A stretch of 64,000 nt of DNA, from NCBI GenBank assembly GCA_963693365.1, contig CAVNZM010000004.1, positions 2,564,389 to 2,628,388 on the forward strand. The letters are read 5' to 3'. The position numbers were made by a program, and so were the translations under genes. Each line of letters begins with the position of its first letter. The stretch's first letter is position 1. Positions 63,900 to 64,000 of this stretch are shown in pieces. The notes under the pieces are model-generated. The model was not told the DNA's origin and did not search any database. It saw only the letters and a program-made list of their open reading frames with translations. The stretch comes from Amoebidium appalachense. Taxonomy: Eukaryota; Protista; Ichthyosporea.

Positions 63900-64000
63900 T
63901 GATAATATTAGTCCTGCAGTTTGATTTTGCGGGCTTGTGCCTTTCTTTGTTTGTTTGTTGATTGGTTGGTGTGCTTTTTTTGTGTATTGTGTTAAAGGAT

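Overview
Intron-rich eukaryotic nuclear DNA. I infer a unicellular eukaryote, possibly a unicellular holozoan, but cannot prove it from sequence. Introns are saturated with poly-G/C, (CA)n and (GA)n tracts, so almost all ORF-track entries are artefacts. Genes reconstructed by hand from splice sites and motifs: the 3' part of a DDE-type transposase-like gene (+), a small intronless SnoaL/NTF2-like gene (+), an unknown helical protein (+), ASCC2 (-) with a nested tRNA-Phe, ADF/cofilin (+), Yippee-like (+), an RHL1-like topoisomerase VI accessory subunit (+), COX15 (-) and EXO1 (+) with a U12-type intron. Best leads: (1) the RHL1 homologue behind an E2F/CCAAT promoter; (2) a structured, Pol III-like RNA candidate diverging from that promoter; (3) an unnamed ~240-bp intronic repeat family whose 5' end abuts poly-G tracts; (4) poly-C tracts directly after 5' splice sites and (CA)n tracts at 3' splice sites; (5) two apparent 1-nt frameshifts in exonic C6 runs, probably assembly errors. 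All family assignments come from recognised motifs, not database searches.
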